DNA of 64,000 nt, taken from the NCBI RefSeq assembly GCF_006345805.1, contig NC_043007.1, positions 16,492,001-16,556,000 of the forward strand. The letters are read 5' to 3'. Both the position numbers and the translations under genes were made by a program. The notes under the pieces were generated by a model. The model worked only from the letters and a program-made list of their open reading frames with translations, was not told the DNA's origin and did no database searches. Origin of the DNA: Octopus sinensis (lineage: Eukaryota). Each line of letters starts with the position of its first letter. Position 1 is the first letter of the stretch. Below, piece after piece: positions 62,058 to 64,000 of this stretch.

Positions 62058-62501
62058 CCCTTTAGTATTCAGATTACTCTGTTAACCCTTTCGTTACTGT
62101 ATTTATTTTGAGATGTTCTGTGTTTCTTTCAATTACATTAAATATATCAAAGAATTTAGTAAAATAACTTAGTTATCATTAAGCAAGTGCTAGGAACATA
62201 AATTGTGACTAAGGTTTGGTGGAAGATTCTAATTCAAAATTTATGAAAACAAGACCTTTGTACTCAAAGCAAGAGCCGGTTTCAGCCGGGTTGGTAATGA
62301 AAGGGTTAAATGCAATGCTTTTTTACTCAAATTGTTTTGAATTAATCAAGCATTATCTTATAGCTTTGGGGCTTCAATGATGTGATTGTTTATTTTTAGA
62401 ATGTCAATGTAGGTTAGGTGTGAGAGGCTAGATATCGCCAGTTTGAATATAAAACATATAGAATATTTGGGCCGGATATGGCCGGTTTAAACACTAAAGG
62501 G
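62058..62501 (+). mobile_element. MITE B with nested MITE A (62086-62305, reverse)
   Basis: Outer TTAA 62054/62502, inner TTAA 62082/62306. Confidence 0.9.
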
Positions 62502-63489
62502 TTAAAGAAACCCAAATCACAATGTGAGTTTAATAAACTATGTAAAATCATGAATCCAGTGCAGAGATATCAAAAGTGACATTCAAAAACTTAACGAGAC
62601 ATGACATTAAATGGTTTATATATAAGCTGTACATTAAGGTCCTTTGCGTCTGGCAACCCTGCTGTTCCGTGTGGGTGCTTATCATGCATCATGACTTGTG
62701 TATGGGTGAGTGTTCCTATTTTAACCATCACACCCTGCCTTCTATCATAATAAATGCAGAAATAAAAACACCCACTAAGAAAGGAAATGATATTATACAG
62801 AGTCATACAAGGAAGACTGGCTGCAGAATCCTGAATTTAAGGAATGGCTACAAGATAAAAATGATGAAGTTAGCTACAGTAAATCTGGCAATATTGTTAC
62901 TAAGAAATGTAAAATGTGTGTTAATAAAGCAAACTTTTGAATAAAATATAAAAATGTCTCAGTAGGGTTAAATCTTGTGTTGAAATTTCTCAATTCAAGC
63001 CAGAAAAGAAGTCAACAAAGAATGAACAGGCAAAGTGAACTGCTTATTTGCTGAGTATTTTGCAGAACATAAATAACATTACGTTTACAAGCAACCATTT
63101 TTTGACAGTATACAAGAGTGCATTTCATTATGTGCTCTTATATAATGGCTATCTCTAAGACAAGAATTTTCTATCAAAACTGATAAAATACAGACACATC
63201 AGTCACACAAATCTTGGTTATAGTTGTGAAGTACTTTGATTTGAAAAAGAATGGTGTTGAAGATGCATTGTTAGTTATTGTAACTGATGAAAATGCAATG
63301 ACTTTTGGTCTTTATAATACTATCAAATACACCTTGCATGAAAGAAAATCTCCTTTAGAAAATATCACAAGATTCTCAAGCAATAGCTATTCTTCAATGA
63401 AGAGTACCAAAAGTGGATTCCAGAAATTACCAAGATGCTGTGTCATCTGTTTTTATTCTGGGATGCACTGGTCATTCTTTCCCCTTTAA

Positions 63490-63708
63490 CCCTTTAGTGT
63501 TCAGATTATTCTCTCAAACATAATGCTTATTGATTCCCATTGATTTGAATTAATCATGCATTATCTCATATCTTCAAGATCTTGATGGTGTAATTACTTA
63601 ATGTAGAATAACATTGTAGGGTAGGTGTGAGGGCCTGGATCTGGTCAGTTTGAACATAAAACAGATTAGCTATTTTGGCCGGATATGGCCGGTTTAAATA
63701 CTAAAGGG
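63490..63708 (+). mobile_element. piggyBac-like MITE family B
   Basis: TTAA TSD, CCCTTTAG TIR. Confidence 0.87.
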
Positions 63709-64000
63709 TTAATGCTAGTCATGCCATCAGAATATTGCTCTCATATACAGAGGATTTTTTTTTATCTCTCACAGCAGCAAGATATTAGAGTTCACACTTA
63801 TTGAAAGAATTGTGACAAATTGCTACAATATACCTAAATTTGCACAAACCAAGTAAGCTTTCTCAAGAAAACAATGATGGAAGGAAGGCAACAGCACATT
63901 TAATTAGTGAATATTTTGATGATAAAAACATTAGATTAAGTTTAAGAGTGATAGTTTGAAATTCCTAGTGGAACTGTATTCAATTAAGAAAAAATCTGCT

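Overview
AT-rich eukaryotic genomic DNA with large introns, dense tRNA-derived SINEs, TTAA-flanked MITEs and (TA/TG)n microsatellites. The repeat landscape looks like a coleoid cephalopod (octopus); this is inference, with no database check. Two convergent protein-coding genes are present, both missing their 5' ends in this window. (1) On +, the C-terminal penta-EF-hand (PEF) exons of a classical calpain: 7 exons, 449-26252, including a textbook U12 (minor-spliceosome) GT-AG intron at 16556-19360. (2) On -, a REST corepressor (CoREST/RCOR): 11 exons, 52938-42123, covering the ELM2 end, SANT1, linker, SANT2 and a Pro-rich tail. All splice phases chain correctly by hand translation. The most notable observations are as follows. 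This CoREST has a GATA-like C4 zinc finger (C-X2-C-X15-C-X2-C) in its linker, where I know of none in vertebrate RCOR1-3. A candidate alternative terminal exon directly after that finger would give an HDAC-binding but LSD1/SANT2-less isoform. A ~97% identical inverted SINE pair brackets a 255-nt phase-0/phase-0 calpain exon block (possible stop-free circRNA). There is an extended let-7 site in the putative RCOR 3'UTR, plus several long hairpins. Most long ORFs in the supplied track are microsatellite or SINE artefacts. Isoform, circRNA and miRNA ideas are hypotheses needing RNA data.
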